Shown: piece by piece, positions 7,751 to 15,932 of the stretch
Position numbering within the stretch: the first letter of the stretch is position 1
Layout: every line of letters begins with the position of its first letter
Assembly (NCBI GenBank): GCA_902794155.1
Contig: CADBGN010000007.1
Location: 19,182-83,181, forward strand
Source: an uncultured Bacteroidia bacterium
Lineage (GTDB): Bacteria; Bacteroidota; Bacteroidia; Bacteroidales; F082
Direction: 5' to 3'
Length of the DNA: 64,000 nt
Translations under genes and position numbers: made by a program
Notes under the pieces: model-generated
What the model was told of the DNA's origin: nothing
The model's input: the letters and a program-made list of their open reading frames with translations, nothing else
Databases searched by the model: none

Positions 7751-9118
7751 ATGAAAAAACTATTTGTTATATTATTTGCTTGGGCTGCATTTGTTTTTAC
7801 AGGTTGCGGCCATTTTCAGGAAAAAGAGACGCAGTCAGATGAAATATCTGCAGGCGATTGTGCAACTCAAAAATCTGCCAATCCACAGCAAAACGAATCA
7901 CAAATAACAAAGACGCAGATGGTGGATGGCGATATCCAGCGCTCTGCTGCAATCATTGAGGATGCTATCATTGCAATGAAGACATATTCGATGTCAGCTT
8001 CCCAGGATAATTACTTGAAGGTAGTTAACCTTTCAAAAGATTTGATATTTGACTTTCAAGAAGAAGGGCTTGCCCCTGAAGACCGAAGTCGATGTGTTAA
8101 GCAAAAATTTGTGGTAGATTCCATGAAGATGGTTGTTGACCGTTGGTTGCAAGACGAAATCGGTAAGATGCGTTTAACTCTTGTGCAAAAAGAAGACTGC
8201 CTTATCGAAGATGTCACTACTTATCCCATCTATTTGCAAAAGGGTGTAAAACTATACATTGACCAGAAAATGCAAGGTAATAAGATGACGAAGTTCTACA
8301 ATGCAGATAGCAAGAAGTTGATAAAGACCTATCAAGCCAAAAACAAAATCCATGATTCCATCAAGATAGAGAACACAGCCATTTATCTCCTTGAAATCAC
8401 ACCCAATGGATCACAATACCTTGATTTATCGCTTCAACGATCAGTCAACACTCCAGACAAAATCTCAGAAAAGCAACAGGTCAAGGTGGAAACTGTTGAC
8501 GCATCAGCCAAGGATTTCCGAGCAAAAAAGTACGATGCGATTGATTTGCAAAATGTTTTCGAGGAGCCTCGAAAAATCACTTTGCGTTCGCAATTCAAAT
8601 CTGCTTTTTCTGGCAACCATCGCTCAGTAGTGGCCGTTTCTATCCCTTCTGGTGCCAATGACATTGCTTATAGTCTTCGCATCGCCACGAGTGAACAAGA
8701 TCGAAGCAGTGACGGCAATTTTTTCAAAGAAATGGAGTCGAATTATAAGACAATCAAGTTTTTGGGATTGCCTGTCTATGAATCTACAAACAGTAAGACA
8801 AGCATTTTGCGAGAGCTGCTAAATCGTCATAAACCAGTTAGGGAGGAAGATGCCTATTGTAGCATATATGTGTTTACCAATGGAGACATGGCTCGTCGTT
8901 TCCAGAATAAAGAGGATGTTGCCAAATTGAAATACAATATTGACCTTTCTAGTTTCGGAACGCAATCTTGTAATGGACGCATTCCTTGCAAAGGCTTGAA
9001 AACTATCTATCTCGGTTTTGAGAACGAACGTTCAACAACAACGGTCTATCTATGGCTTGAAGTCATTGCAACAGTGCCAGTAACACAATACTCAATGGAA
9101 CGATATTCAATGGAATAA
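7751..9118 (+). CDS. lipoprotein, function unknown (455 aa)
   Basis: Signal peptide with lipobox (VFTGC). Long uninterrupted ORF in an AT-rich region. Confidence 0.7.
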   Translation: MKKLFVILFAWAAFVFTGCGHFQEKETQSDEISAGDCATQKSANPQQNESQITKTQMVDGDIQRSAAIIEDAIIAMKTYSMSASQDNYLKVVNLSKDLIFDFQEEGLAPEDRSRCVKQKFVVDSMKMVVDRWLQDEIGKMRLTLVQKEDCLIEDVTTYPIYLQKGVKLYIDQKMQGNKMTKFYNADSKKLIKTYQAKNKIHDSIKIENTAIYLLEITPNGSQYLDLSLQRSVNTPDKISEKQQVKVETVDASAKDFRAKKYDAIDLQNVFEEPRKITLRSQFKSAFSGNHRSVVAVSIPSGANDIAYSLRIATSEQDRSSDGNFFKEMESNYKTIKFLGLPVYESTNSKTSILRELLNRHKPVREEDAYCSIYVFTNGDMARRFQNKEDVAKLKYNIDLSSFGTQSCNGRIPCKGLKTIYLGFENERSTTTVYLWLEVIATVPVTQYSMERYSME

Positions 9119-9166
9119 TCTTAATGCTATTAAATAGAGAAAAATACACATACAAATCACAATAAA

Positions 9167-10291
9167 ATGAATCGTAAAATGAAAAAAGTAATCAGTTTAG
9201 CAATTCTTTTGCTTGCTACTCCATGGATATTCGCACAGCAGGCCGATGATTATCGAAAAGCCGCCAATCAAGGTGATGTAGAAGCCCAATCTAATTTGGG
9301 TCGTTGTTATTATTTTGGAGACGGTGTTACGCAGGACTACAAACAAGCGGTTGTTTGGCTAACTAAAGCTGCTAACCAGGGTAACGCTGATGCCCAATAT
9401 TTGTTGGGCGGATGTTATTATTGGGGAAGAGGTGTGAGGCAAGACTACAAACAAGCAGTTTCTTGGTACACCAAGGCTGCAAATCAAGGTGATGCAGACG
9501 CCCAACTTCAATTGGGATGGTGTTATAAAAAAGGTGATGGTGTGAGGCAAGACTACGAGCAAGCTGTTGCTTGGGTTACCAAGGCTGCAAACCAAGGTGA
9601 TGCAGACGCCCAATGTTTTTTGGGCGGATGTTATTATAATGGAACCGGAGTAAAGCAAGACTACAAACAAGCGGTTTCATGGTACAATAAGTCTGCCAAC
9701 CAAGAACTTGCTGATGCCCAATATATGCTAGGCTTATGTTATTATTTTGGTGATGGTGTAAAGCAAGATTCCAAACAAGCGGTTTCATGGTTTACAAAAG
9801 CCGCCAACCAAGGCAATGCTAATGCCCAATATAGTTTAGGTAGATGTTATCAGGCTGGAGACGGTGTGAAGCAAGACAGCAAACAAGCGGTTACTTGGTT
9901 CGTCAAGGCCGCCGACCAGGGTCATGCTGATGCCCAAGGTAATTTGGGATTTTGTTATAATAATGGAGTAGGTGTAAAGCAAGACTACAAACAAGCGGTA
10001 TACTGGTGGACTAAGGCTGCCGACCAAGGGAATGCTGATGCCCAATGTGTTTTGGGTATGTGTTATTATATAGGAAGAGGTGTGAAGCAAGACTACAAAC
10101 AAGCGGTTTCATGGTATACCAAAGCCGCCAACCAAGGGAATGCTGAGGCCCAATATGGTTTGGGCGGATGTTACTATAATGGAGATGGTGTGAAGCAAGA
10201 CTACAAACAAGCGGTTTATTGGTGGACCAAGGCGGCAAATCAAGGACACCATGAAGCCTTGGAATGGTTGAAAGAAATGGGAGAACGTTGA
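9167..10291 (+). CDS. secreted Sel1-like (SLR/TPR) repeat protein, ~9 repeats
   Basis: Signal peptide. The 36-aa units (AANQGxAxAQxxLGxCYxxGxGVxQDYKQAVxWxxK) repeat at a 108-bp period. Confidence 0.9.
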   Translation: MNRKMKKVISLAILLLATPWIFAQQADDYRKAANQGDVEAQSNLGRCYYFGDGVTQDYKQAVVWLTKAANQGNADAQYLLGGCYYWGRGVRQDYKQAVSWYTKAANQGDADAQLQLGWCYKKGDGVRQDYEQAVAWVTKAANQGDADAQCFLGGCYYNGTGVKQDYKQAVSWYNKSANQELADAQYMLGLCYYFGDGVKQDSKQAVSWFTKAANQGNANAQYSLGRCYQAGDGVKQDSKQAVTWFVKAADQGHADAQGNLGFCYNNGVGVKQDYKQAVYWWTKAADQGNADAQCVLGMCYYIGRGVKQDYKQAVSWYTKAANQGNAEAQYGLGGCYYNGDGVKQDYKQAVYWWTKAANQGHHEALEWLKEMGER

Positions 10292-10483
10292 AATAACAAT
10301 AAATAGAAAAGAGACTAAACAGTCTTGAATTCTCTCTTCAATTCAATTCGTATTATCCGAAGCATTGGTTTTGTCAACCATTACACTTCAAAAAATTACT
10401 ACTACTTCTGGATTCCCGAGAAGCGATTGCGTGCTTCTGTTGTTTATAAAAGGATAATGAAAAGAGGATAAAAGTGAGTTATT

Positions 10484-10729
10484 ATGCCCAACACCGCCCA
10501 AATAGAATCCACCAAGCAAAAGCTTGAAGAAACCAAAAAGACCCTCAAGGAACTGCAGGAAAAGAAGACCGCCATCACTGATGCCGCCAAGCTGAAAGCC
10601 GTCAACAAGCAAATCAATGCCCTGCAAGCAGAAATCGGGAAGCTGAAAAGCGACATCCGTCTTTATGCAAGCTTAAATAGAGACGCCATCCGCGATTATC
10701 ATGAGATGGTCTTAGGAGATTTGGATTGA
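10484..10729 (+). CDS. small coiled-coil protein (81 aa)
   Basis: Heptad-rich ORF. Its 3' portion recurs as DNA fragments at 12271-12375, 21265-21319 and 21543-21617. Confidence 0.5.
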   Translation: MPNTAQIESTKQKLEETKKTLKELQEKKTAITDAAKLKAVNKQINALQAEIGKLKSDIRLYASLNRDAIRDYHEMVLGDLD

Positions 10730-10792
10730 TAGGAGAACTCAACATTGTTTGGATATTGTGTTCTCGAACGAGCAGACTTAGTCTTTTAGACA
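10625..10792. repeat. ~165-bp junction segment, copy 1 (copy 2 at 12271..12436)
   Basis: Covers the 3' end of the coiled-coil gene, the spacer and the last codons of the convergent ATPase. Aligns to 12271-12436. Confidence 0.8.
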
Positions 10793-12055
10793 GCCGATTG
10801 GAACGACAAAAATACCGTCGGGGCGTTGGTATGCGTATTGCCCGACAGCGGTCAGCACCATCATGAACGAAGGGCTAGGCATCTTAGTCGTGTCTATGGA
10901 GGCAGCAAGCGTCTTGAGCGCATTTACACCTTCTTCTATAAGTTTGTCGCCCCCCAGTTTGACTTCAACCAATGCGTATGTCCCGTTTCTGCGGTGAATT
11001 ACCGTATCGCATTCCAAGCCAGAGCTGTCGCGGTAATGGTAGAGTCTGCCATCGAGAGCTTCTGCGAACACGCGCAGGTCGCGAACGGCAAGGTCTTCGA
11101 AAAACAACCCAAATGAATTAAGGTCGTTAATTAAGTCGCTGGGGCCAAGTCCAAGGGCTGCCGTGCCAATGCTGGGGTCGACGAAATGGCGTGTGTCGCT
11201 GGTCCGGATGGCAGATTTGCTGCGTATATTCGGATTCCATGCCTCCAAGTCCTCAATGACGAACAAGCGTTTCAAAGCCTTGATATAGTCTGCCACGGTG
11301 TCCTCGTCCAATGTAGCCGAATCATTTGAAAGCATGTCGGCCTTGATGGTGGCGTAGGAGACTTGTTGGGCAATGTTGCGAGCATACGAGCGTAAAAGGA
11401 GACGGGCTCGGGTGGGACTGCGTTTCACCCCGTCAACGCGCTGGATGTCATGCTCAGCGACGGCATCGACATAGTCAAAGGCTTGGTCAAGTGCCAAGTC
11501 TCCTTCCAGCAATGTCGCTTGAGGCCAACCGCCACGACAGGTGAGATAAGCCATCTTTTGCAGGTCGAGATTGCAAGATTGCGGTTCAAAGGTCTCTCCG
11601 TCAAACAGTTTTCGGAGACTGACTAGGCCTGAAGACTCTCCCGATTCGAAAATGCTCATCGGCCTCATTTTCAATCGGGTGAAACGCCCTGTGCCACTAT
11701 GTGTGGTCTCATCGGCTTGTGGAAGCACCGATGACCCCGTTAGGATAAACTGAGAGAAGGTTCCTCGACGGTCCACTTCACTGCGAATATTGTCCCATAA
11801 AGGTGGCAAGGTCTGCCATTCGTCGATTAAACGAGGCGTTTCCCCCTGAAGCAAAGTCTTTGGACTTATTTCCAACATGTTTCGACTTTGCTTTAGCACC
11901 TCGCTATCGCCAAGGTCTAGCATACTTTTGGCCTGCTGTTGAGCTGTGGTGGTTTTTCCACACCACTTCGGCCCTTCAATCAGCACAGCCCCTTTACCTG
12001 CCAGCTTGCGGGCAAGAAGCTTGTCGGCAATCCGAGGTTTATATTCTTTTTTCAT
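10778..12055 (-). CDS. AAA ATPase of the AAA_14/DUF4143 type, copy 2 (different subfamily from copy 1)
   Basis: Walker A GPKWCGKTT. The C-terminus carries D...EVK (ECDTVI...LVEVKLGG). Confidence 0.85.
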   Translation of the reverse strand: MKKEYKPRIADKLLARKLAGKGAVLIEGPKWCGKTTTAQQQAKSMLDLGDSEVLKQSRNMLEISPKTLLQGETPRLIDEWQTLPPLWDNIRSEVDRRGTFSQFILTGSSVLPQADETTHSGTGRFTRLKMRPMSIFESGESSGLVSLRKLFDGETFEPQSCNLDLQKMAYLTCRGGWPQATLLEGDLALDQAFDYVDAVAEHDIQRVDGVKRSPTRARLLLRSYARNIAQQVSYATIKADMLSNDSATLDEDTVADYIKALKRLFVIEDLEAWNPNIRSKSAIRTSDTRHFVDPSIGTAALGLGPSDLINDLNSFGLFFEDLAVRDLRVFAEALDGRLYHYRDSSGLECDTVIHRRNGTYALVEVKLGGDKLIEEGVNALKTLAASIDTTKMPSPSFMMVLTAVGQYAYQRPDGIFVVPIGCLKD

Positions 12056-12061
12056 TATTCA

Positions 12062-12137
<76 letters not shown>

Positions 12138-12146
12138 TATTCGCTG

Positions 12147-12154
12147 CAAAATTA
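12147..12154 (-). promoter_or_regulatory. putative -7 promoter box (taattttg, followed by cagcg) for ATPase copy 2
   Basis: The minus strand reads TAATTTTGCAGCG. The box upstream of ATPase copy 1 reads TATATTTGCAGCG. Confidence 0.45.
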
Positions 12155-12190
12155 CTGATTTTATTTTAATTACAAATACACTTCTTAAAT

Positions 12191-12254
12191 TTTCGGTTGT
12201 TTATAGTGAATTTATTCGGTTATTTGTGGTAGATTTATTCGGTTGTTTGTAATC
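12191..12254. repeat. 3 x ~22-bp tandem repeat (atttattcggttgtttgt...)
   Basis: Units are 12191-12209, 12210-12232 and 12233-12254. Confidence 0.7.
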
Positions 12255-12270
12255 AATTGGCCAAGACTAA

Positions 12271-12375
12271 CAGGAAGAAATAGGGAAACTGAAAAGCGAT
12301 ATTCGTCATTATGCAAGCCTGAACAAGGACTCCATCCGGGATTATCATGAGATGGTTTTGGGGGATTTGGAGTGA
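12271..12375 (+). pseudogene. 3' fragment of a coiled-coil gene copy (no start codon)
   Basis: Translates to EEIGKLKSDIRHYASLNKDSIRDYHEMVLGDLE*. An in-frame TAA lies immediately upstream. Homologous to 10625-10729. Confidence 0.65.
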
Positions 12376-12450
12376 TAGGTGAACTCAACATTGTTTGGAT
12401 ATTGCGTTCTCGTACGAGCCGACTTGGTCTTTTAGGAGAATAGCATAACT

Positions 12451-12726
12451 TTATACCTCCGTCAGGAGGAATGCCATATATATTGGCAAGGTCAGCAGGT
12501 TATCGCTTCTGCCAATATTGTAGTCGCCTAATTTGAATGCGCTCGTGACATGATATTTTTCAGGGTGCTTCAAGACGGTGCGCATCGACTTGGCATTGCC
12601 CGTTGTGGCTTTACATTCCACAGGTGTGCATCGTCCTTTATAGCGCATAAGAAAGTCAAGTTCCACACCGCCGTCTTTGTGATAGTAATACAACTTGCGT
12701 CCCATCTTGCCGAAGATGTCGGCCAC
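12451..12726 (-). pseudogene. C-terminal remnant (~90 aa) of a DUF4143-type ATPase
   Basis: Aligns to the last ~90 aa of ATPase copy 1 (ELDFL...PVECK...LPIYM). No ATG and no ATPase domain. An in-frame stop lies just upstream. Confidence 0.65.
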
Positions 12727-12737
12727 AAGGTTCTAAA

Positions 12738-12836
12738 CACATTTTCATACCGAGTTTTTTGTGTTTTACACACATTTTCCACCCGACTTTTGGCGCAAAA
12801 ATTCACATTTTCTGTAAAAACCTGCAAAAAGTGAGG
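12738..12836. repeat. 3 x 33-bp periodic array (cacattttc... at 12738, 12771 and 12804)
   Basis: Exact 33-bp phasing of the cacattttc motif. The array directly abuts leader copy B. Confidence 0.75.
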
Positions 12837-12837
12837 T

Positions 12838-13164
12838 TCTCTGAACGAATAATACCTTCCTCTGCCGCAAAATCCTCATTTTTCTTTTGCTTTTCTCAAA
12901 AAATCCCTAATTTTGGAGCGTAAAACTAAAAGAAAAGCCTATGGAATGACCTGCCGTAAGGCGCAATAAGAAGCAATATAATTCATATAATCAGACGATT
13001 AGCAATATTCTGTCTTATCGAAAGTTTGGCGATTTGAGATAAAGAAACCAGAATGATGCTGAAAGTTGCACGTATAGCGTGTGCTTTTCAACATTCGGTT
13101 TCTTTAGGTATGCCAAACACCTCGATAAGCGGATGCAAAAGTATCACGCTTTTTTTTGTGCTGT
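12838..13164 (+). promoter_or_regulatory. conserved noncoding leader, copy B (near-identical to 6056..6379)
   Basis: Same -7 box (12908-12915), GNRA hairpin and long hairpin (13024-13118) as copy A. The T-run is T8 here versus T7 in copy A. Confidence 0.7.
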
Positions 13165-13269
13165 CAAGAAACGACTCGATATGAACCAAAATGAACCTGA
13201 AAAGATTGTGCGGAAGTGCGTTTCTTTGCAGGTAGAAAATAAGACAAGAACAACTAAAACAATACGAAT

Positions 13270-13530
13270 ATGAGTGTCGAATACTACAAAAAGAAATTGG
13301 TGGATTTGCGCGCCGATGTGGCCAAAGAGAAAGAAGCCAAGAAAAGAGACAACGAGAGGTATGCAGATTTAATCAAAAATGCCTCGTCACCTTCGAGCAA
13401 GGCTTCTTACAAAAAGAGTAAAATCGATCATGCTGCTTCACACGATCGCAGGATTGAAAGCCTGAAACGGGAAATAGAGCGTTGCAAAGAGACTTTGGCG
13501 CGCGAAAGGGAAAGAGCAAAGAGAAAATAG
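13270..13530 (+). CDS. small Lys/Glu-rich coiled-coil protein (86 aa)
   Basis: First ORF after leader copy B. Charged heptad-like sequence. Confidence 0.5.
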   Translation: MSVEYYKKKLVDLRADVAKEKEAKKRDNERYADLIKNASSPSSKASYKKSKIDHAASHDRRIESLKREIERCKETLARERERAKRK

Positions 13531-13560
13531 AATTATTGTTTCACTTAAATACTTAAAATC

Positions 13561-13929
13561 ATGGGACTGATTAACAATCTGAAAGACAAATTCAACAAGG
13601 CGGAATTCACTGTGGCTCCGCAGAAGAAACTCAAAACCCTCTCCAAGGAGTTCTTGGATGCGTTTGACCTGCAATTGGTGTTCTACAAAGGCAACATCAT
13701 CGCCGAAGGCGACTTGACCTTGGCTGCCTTGAACAAGAAAACCACTAAAGATGTTAACGCCAAAGCAGATGGCATCAAAATCAAAGGCAGCACAAAAGTT
13801 GGCGATGCCGAAAAGATGTTTGACACCAACTTTGGCGTAAAGGTGCAAATCAAGGACAAGGCTGGAAAAATTTGCGTTCCTAATGAGATAACCATTGGGC
13901 AGGCCGCAAGAGGAGAGTATGAACGGTAA
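13561..13929 (+). CDS. small protein with two copies of a ~45-aa module (122 aa)
   Basis: Internal duplication (KKLKTLSKEFLDAFDLQLVFY and GSTKVGDAEKMFDTNFGVKVQI). Same module as in 13946.., 15569.. and 18873... Confidence 0.6.
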   Translation: MGLINNLKDKFNKAEFTVAPQKKLKTLSKEFLDAFDLQLVFYKGNIIAEGDLTLAALNKKTTKDVNAKADGIKIKGSTKVGDAEKMFDTNFGVKVQIKDKAGKICVPNEITIGQAARGEYER

Positions 13930-13945
13930 TTTAAACAATAAAGTT

Positions 13946-14479
13946 ATGGCAACAACAACCAAAAAGACAACAACAAAGACTGCAGCAAAGAAGACAACGA
14001 CGGCCAAACCCGCCGCCAAGAAGACCACCACAACGGCCAAGCCTGCAGCAAAACCCGCTACGAAGAAAGCCGCTCCTTTGAAGACTGCCGTTGAGCTGTC
14101 AGTGACAGGCAACAAAAAGATTGGCACCCTAATGAAGGAGTTCAACAAGCAGTTCCCATTTCTTCGCCTGAAGATATGCTATAGTTATGCCCGTCAAGCT
14201 GTGGCTAAAGGAGAGAGCATCAGCGGTATTGATCCCGATAAGACCCTTGCTTCGGTACGCCGTGCCGACTCGGGTGGTGACATCTCCATCAGCGGCAACA
14301 AGAAAATCAAGTCGTTGGAGAAGGAATTCGATACCGTCTTTGGCCTCTATGTCCAAGTATGCTACACAGAGAAGGATGGCCACCGTTACTATACAAGTGG
14401 TTCCGCCGACGAGATGACTCTTGCCGCCTTCAACAAGAAGTGCGAAGCCGACGGCTGCCAAAAAGGCTTGTGGAAATGA
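13946..14479 (+). CDS. protein with a histone-H1-like Lys/Thr/Ala/Pro-rich tail plus two copies of the ~45-aa module
   Basis: N-terminal tail TTKKTTTKTAAKKTTTAKPAAKK.... Modules GNKKIGTLMKEFNKQFPFLRLKI and GNKKIKSLEKEFDTVFGLYVQV. Confidence 0.6.
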   Translation: MATTTKKTTTKTAAKKTTTAKPAAKKTTTTAKPAAKPATKKAAPLKTAVELSVTGNKKIGTLMKEFNKQFPFLRLKICYSYARQAVAKGESISGIDPDKTLASVRRADSGGDISISGNKKIKSLEKEFDTVFGLYVQVCYTEKDGHRYYTSGSADEMTLAAFNKKCEADGCQKGLWK

Positions 14480-15135
14480 CGTTAATCGAACAAGCAAAAG
14501 CCGATATACAGCAATACCTCGACCGTGAGGACGGGGAACTGCTGTTCAATGAGCGCGATTTGCAGATGCATTTGGCGTTGTATCTCATCGGGAGTGGACA
14601 CTACGATGATGTGGATGTAGAATATTATGTGCCTTTCGAGGAGTTGGATAACTACATCTGGAAGAACGAACTAAAGTTAGATATCCTATTACGGAAGGGG
14701 AACGAGTTCCTGCCCGTGGAGTTGAAATACAAGACCAAAAAGCATAGCAAACAATTGACACGATTCGATGAATGTCTTAACCGACAGGTTGACGTGTTGA
14801 AGAATCAGGATGCACGTGATCTTGGAATGTACGATTTCTGGAAGGACGTTCGTCGTGTTGAGTTGGTACGTAACCGTTTTAACGCTGTGAAACATGGCCT
14901 AGCAGTGTTCGTCACCAACGACAAGCGGTATCTTAACCCTAGCCGTGTGTCTTCAAACAACTGCCTCTTCAGTATGGAAGAAGGTCTTCATGGTCCCGTC
15001 AAACACTGGCAACAGTCAGAAAGTACCTGTGCGAAGACGCATCCAGACTTCGACCTCGAACATGAATATACAATTCACTGGGGACAAAATCTTTATGAGG
15101 ACATTGAGTTTAATTATTGTATTGTAACAATCTGA
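14476..15135 (+). CDS. PD-(D/E)xK nuclease-like protein (motif-level call)
   Basis: ATGA start/stop overlap with the upstream ORF. The sequence ...LDILL(x9)VELKYK gives D69...E82-x-K84. Confidence 0.5.
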   Translation: MTLIEQAKADIQQYLDREDGELLFNERDLQMHLALYLIGSGHYDDVDVEYYVPFEELDNYIWKNELKLDILLRKGNEFLPVELKYKTKKHSKQLTRFDECLNRQVDVLKNQDARDLGMYDFWKDVRRVELVRNRFNAVKHGLAVFVTNDKRYLNPSRVSSNNCLFSMEEGLHGPVKHWQQSESTCAKTHPDFDLEHEYTIHWGQNLYEDIEFNYCIVTI

Positions 15136-15146
15136 ATAACAAATCT

Positions 15147-15533
15147 ATGAATATCAAGAAATCAGCCGAGAGTGGAGAATACATGATTGGCGTAAAAGAG
15201 AACAACAGTATTGAGGTGTATCGCATTTATGACAACACCAAAGAGGCTTTACGAGAGATTGCCAAGCAAGAAAACTATGAATATGACCCCAACTGGAATA
15301 CTCGCCAATTTGGAGCCAAACTCTGCAAACAATTCGGCGACGGCCAGCAGGCAACAGTGGGTTGCTATACCGTCTACATCCGCAGCACCGAGACCGTTGA
15401 GGTCTATCGCACATACGATAACACCAAAGGTGCCTTGCGCGAAATTGCAGAGAAACTTGGCTTCGAGGTGGATCCAAAGTGGAACACCCAGCAGTTTGGC
15501 AGCAAGCTGGTGGACTTTATCAATGGAAAATGA
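15147..15533 (+). CDS. small protein with two copies of a ~40-aa HTH-like module
   Basis: YRIYDNTKEALREIAKQENYEYDPNWNTRQFGAKL and YRTYDNTKGALREIAEKLGFEVDPKWNTQQFGSKL. The same module ends KAP NTPase 1. Confidence 0.6.
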   Translation: MNIKKSAESGEYMIGVKENNSIEVYRIYDNTKEALREIAKQENYEYDPNWNTRQFGAKLCKQFGDGQQATVGCYTVYIRSTETVEVYRTYDNTKGALREIAEKLGFEVDPKWNTQQFGSKLVDFINGK

Positions 15534-15568
15534 ACCCTAATCTATTAACCCATTAAATTCAAATTATT

Positions 15569-15883
15569 ATGGCAGAAATTGCATTAAAAGGAAACATGAA
15601 GGTGAAAACCCTCAAGGCAGATTTCAAGAAAGCTTTTGGCTCAACGCTCCGCGTCTATTTGAGCCCCACCTGCAAAGGTCGCATGGCCGATGACGATGCA
15701 ACCCTCGCTTCTATCCGCGCCGAAGGTGCCAAAGGTGGCGAACTAAAAGTGGTAGGTAACATGCAGGTTGGCAACTTCGAGAAGAAGATTGTTGAACTGT
15801 ATGGCATTGGCGTCCAGGTGGCCAACGCCGACGACAGCAAACTGGCCGATAACAGTGTCACTCTCGTGGCCGCAGGAAAGTAA
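15569..15883 (+). CDS. two-module small protein (104 aa), paralog of 18873..19175
   Basis: GNMKVKTLKADFKKAFGSTLRVY and GNMQVGNFEKKIVELYGIGVQV. High similarity to 18873..19175. Confidence 0.65.
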   Translation: MAEIALKGNMKVKTLKADFKKAFGSTLRVYLSPTCKGRMADDDATLASIRAEGAKGGELKVVGNMQVGNFEKKIVELYGIGVQVANADDSKLADNSVTLVAAGK

Positions 15884-15932
15884 ATGTTTGAAACGCGAGC
15901 GCGAAAGAGCCAAGAAAAAATAACCAAGTGAC

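Noticed and set aside
9260-10240. Regular 108-bp periodic DNA repeats that might be a CRISPR-like array
   Set aside because: There is no repeat-spacer structure. The period is in frame and encodes 36-aa Sel1 repeats inside one long ORF that has a signal peptide.
13438-14148. 236-aa minus-strand ORF
   Set aside because: It is antisense to three short but mutually paralogous plus-strand ORFs. Its hydrophobic low-complexity run is the reverse complement of the Lys/Thr/Ala tail region.
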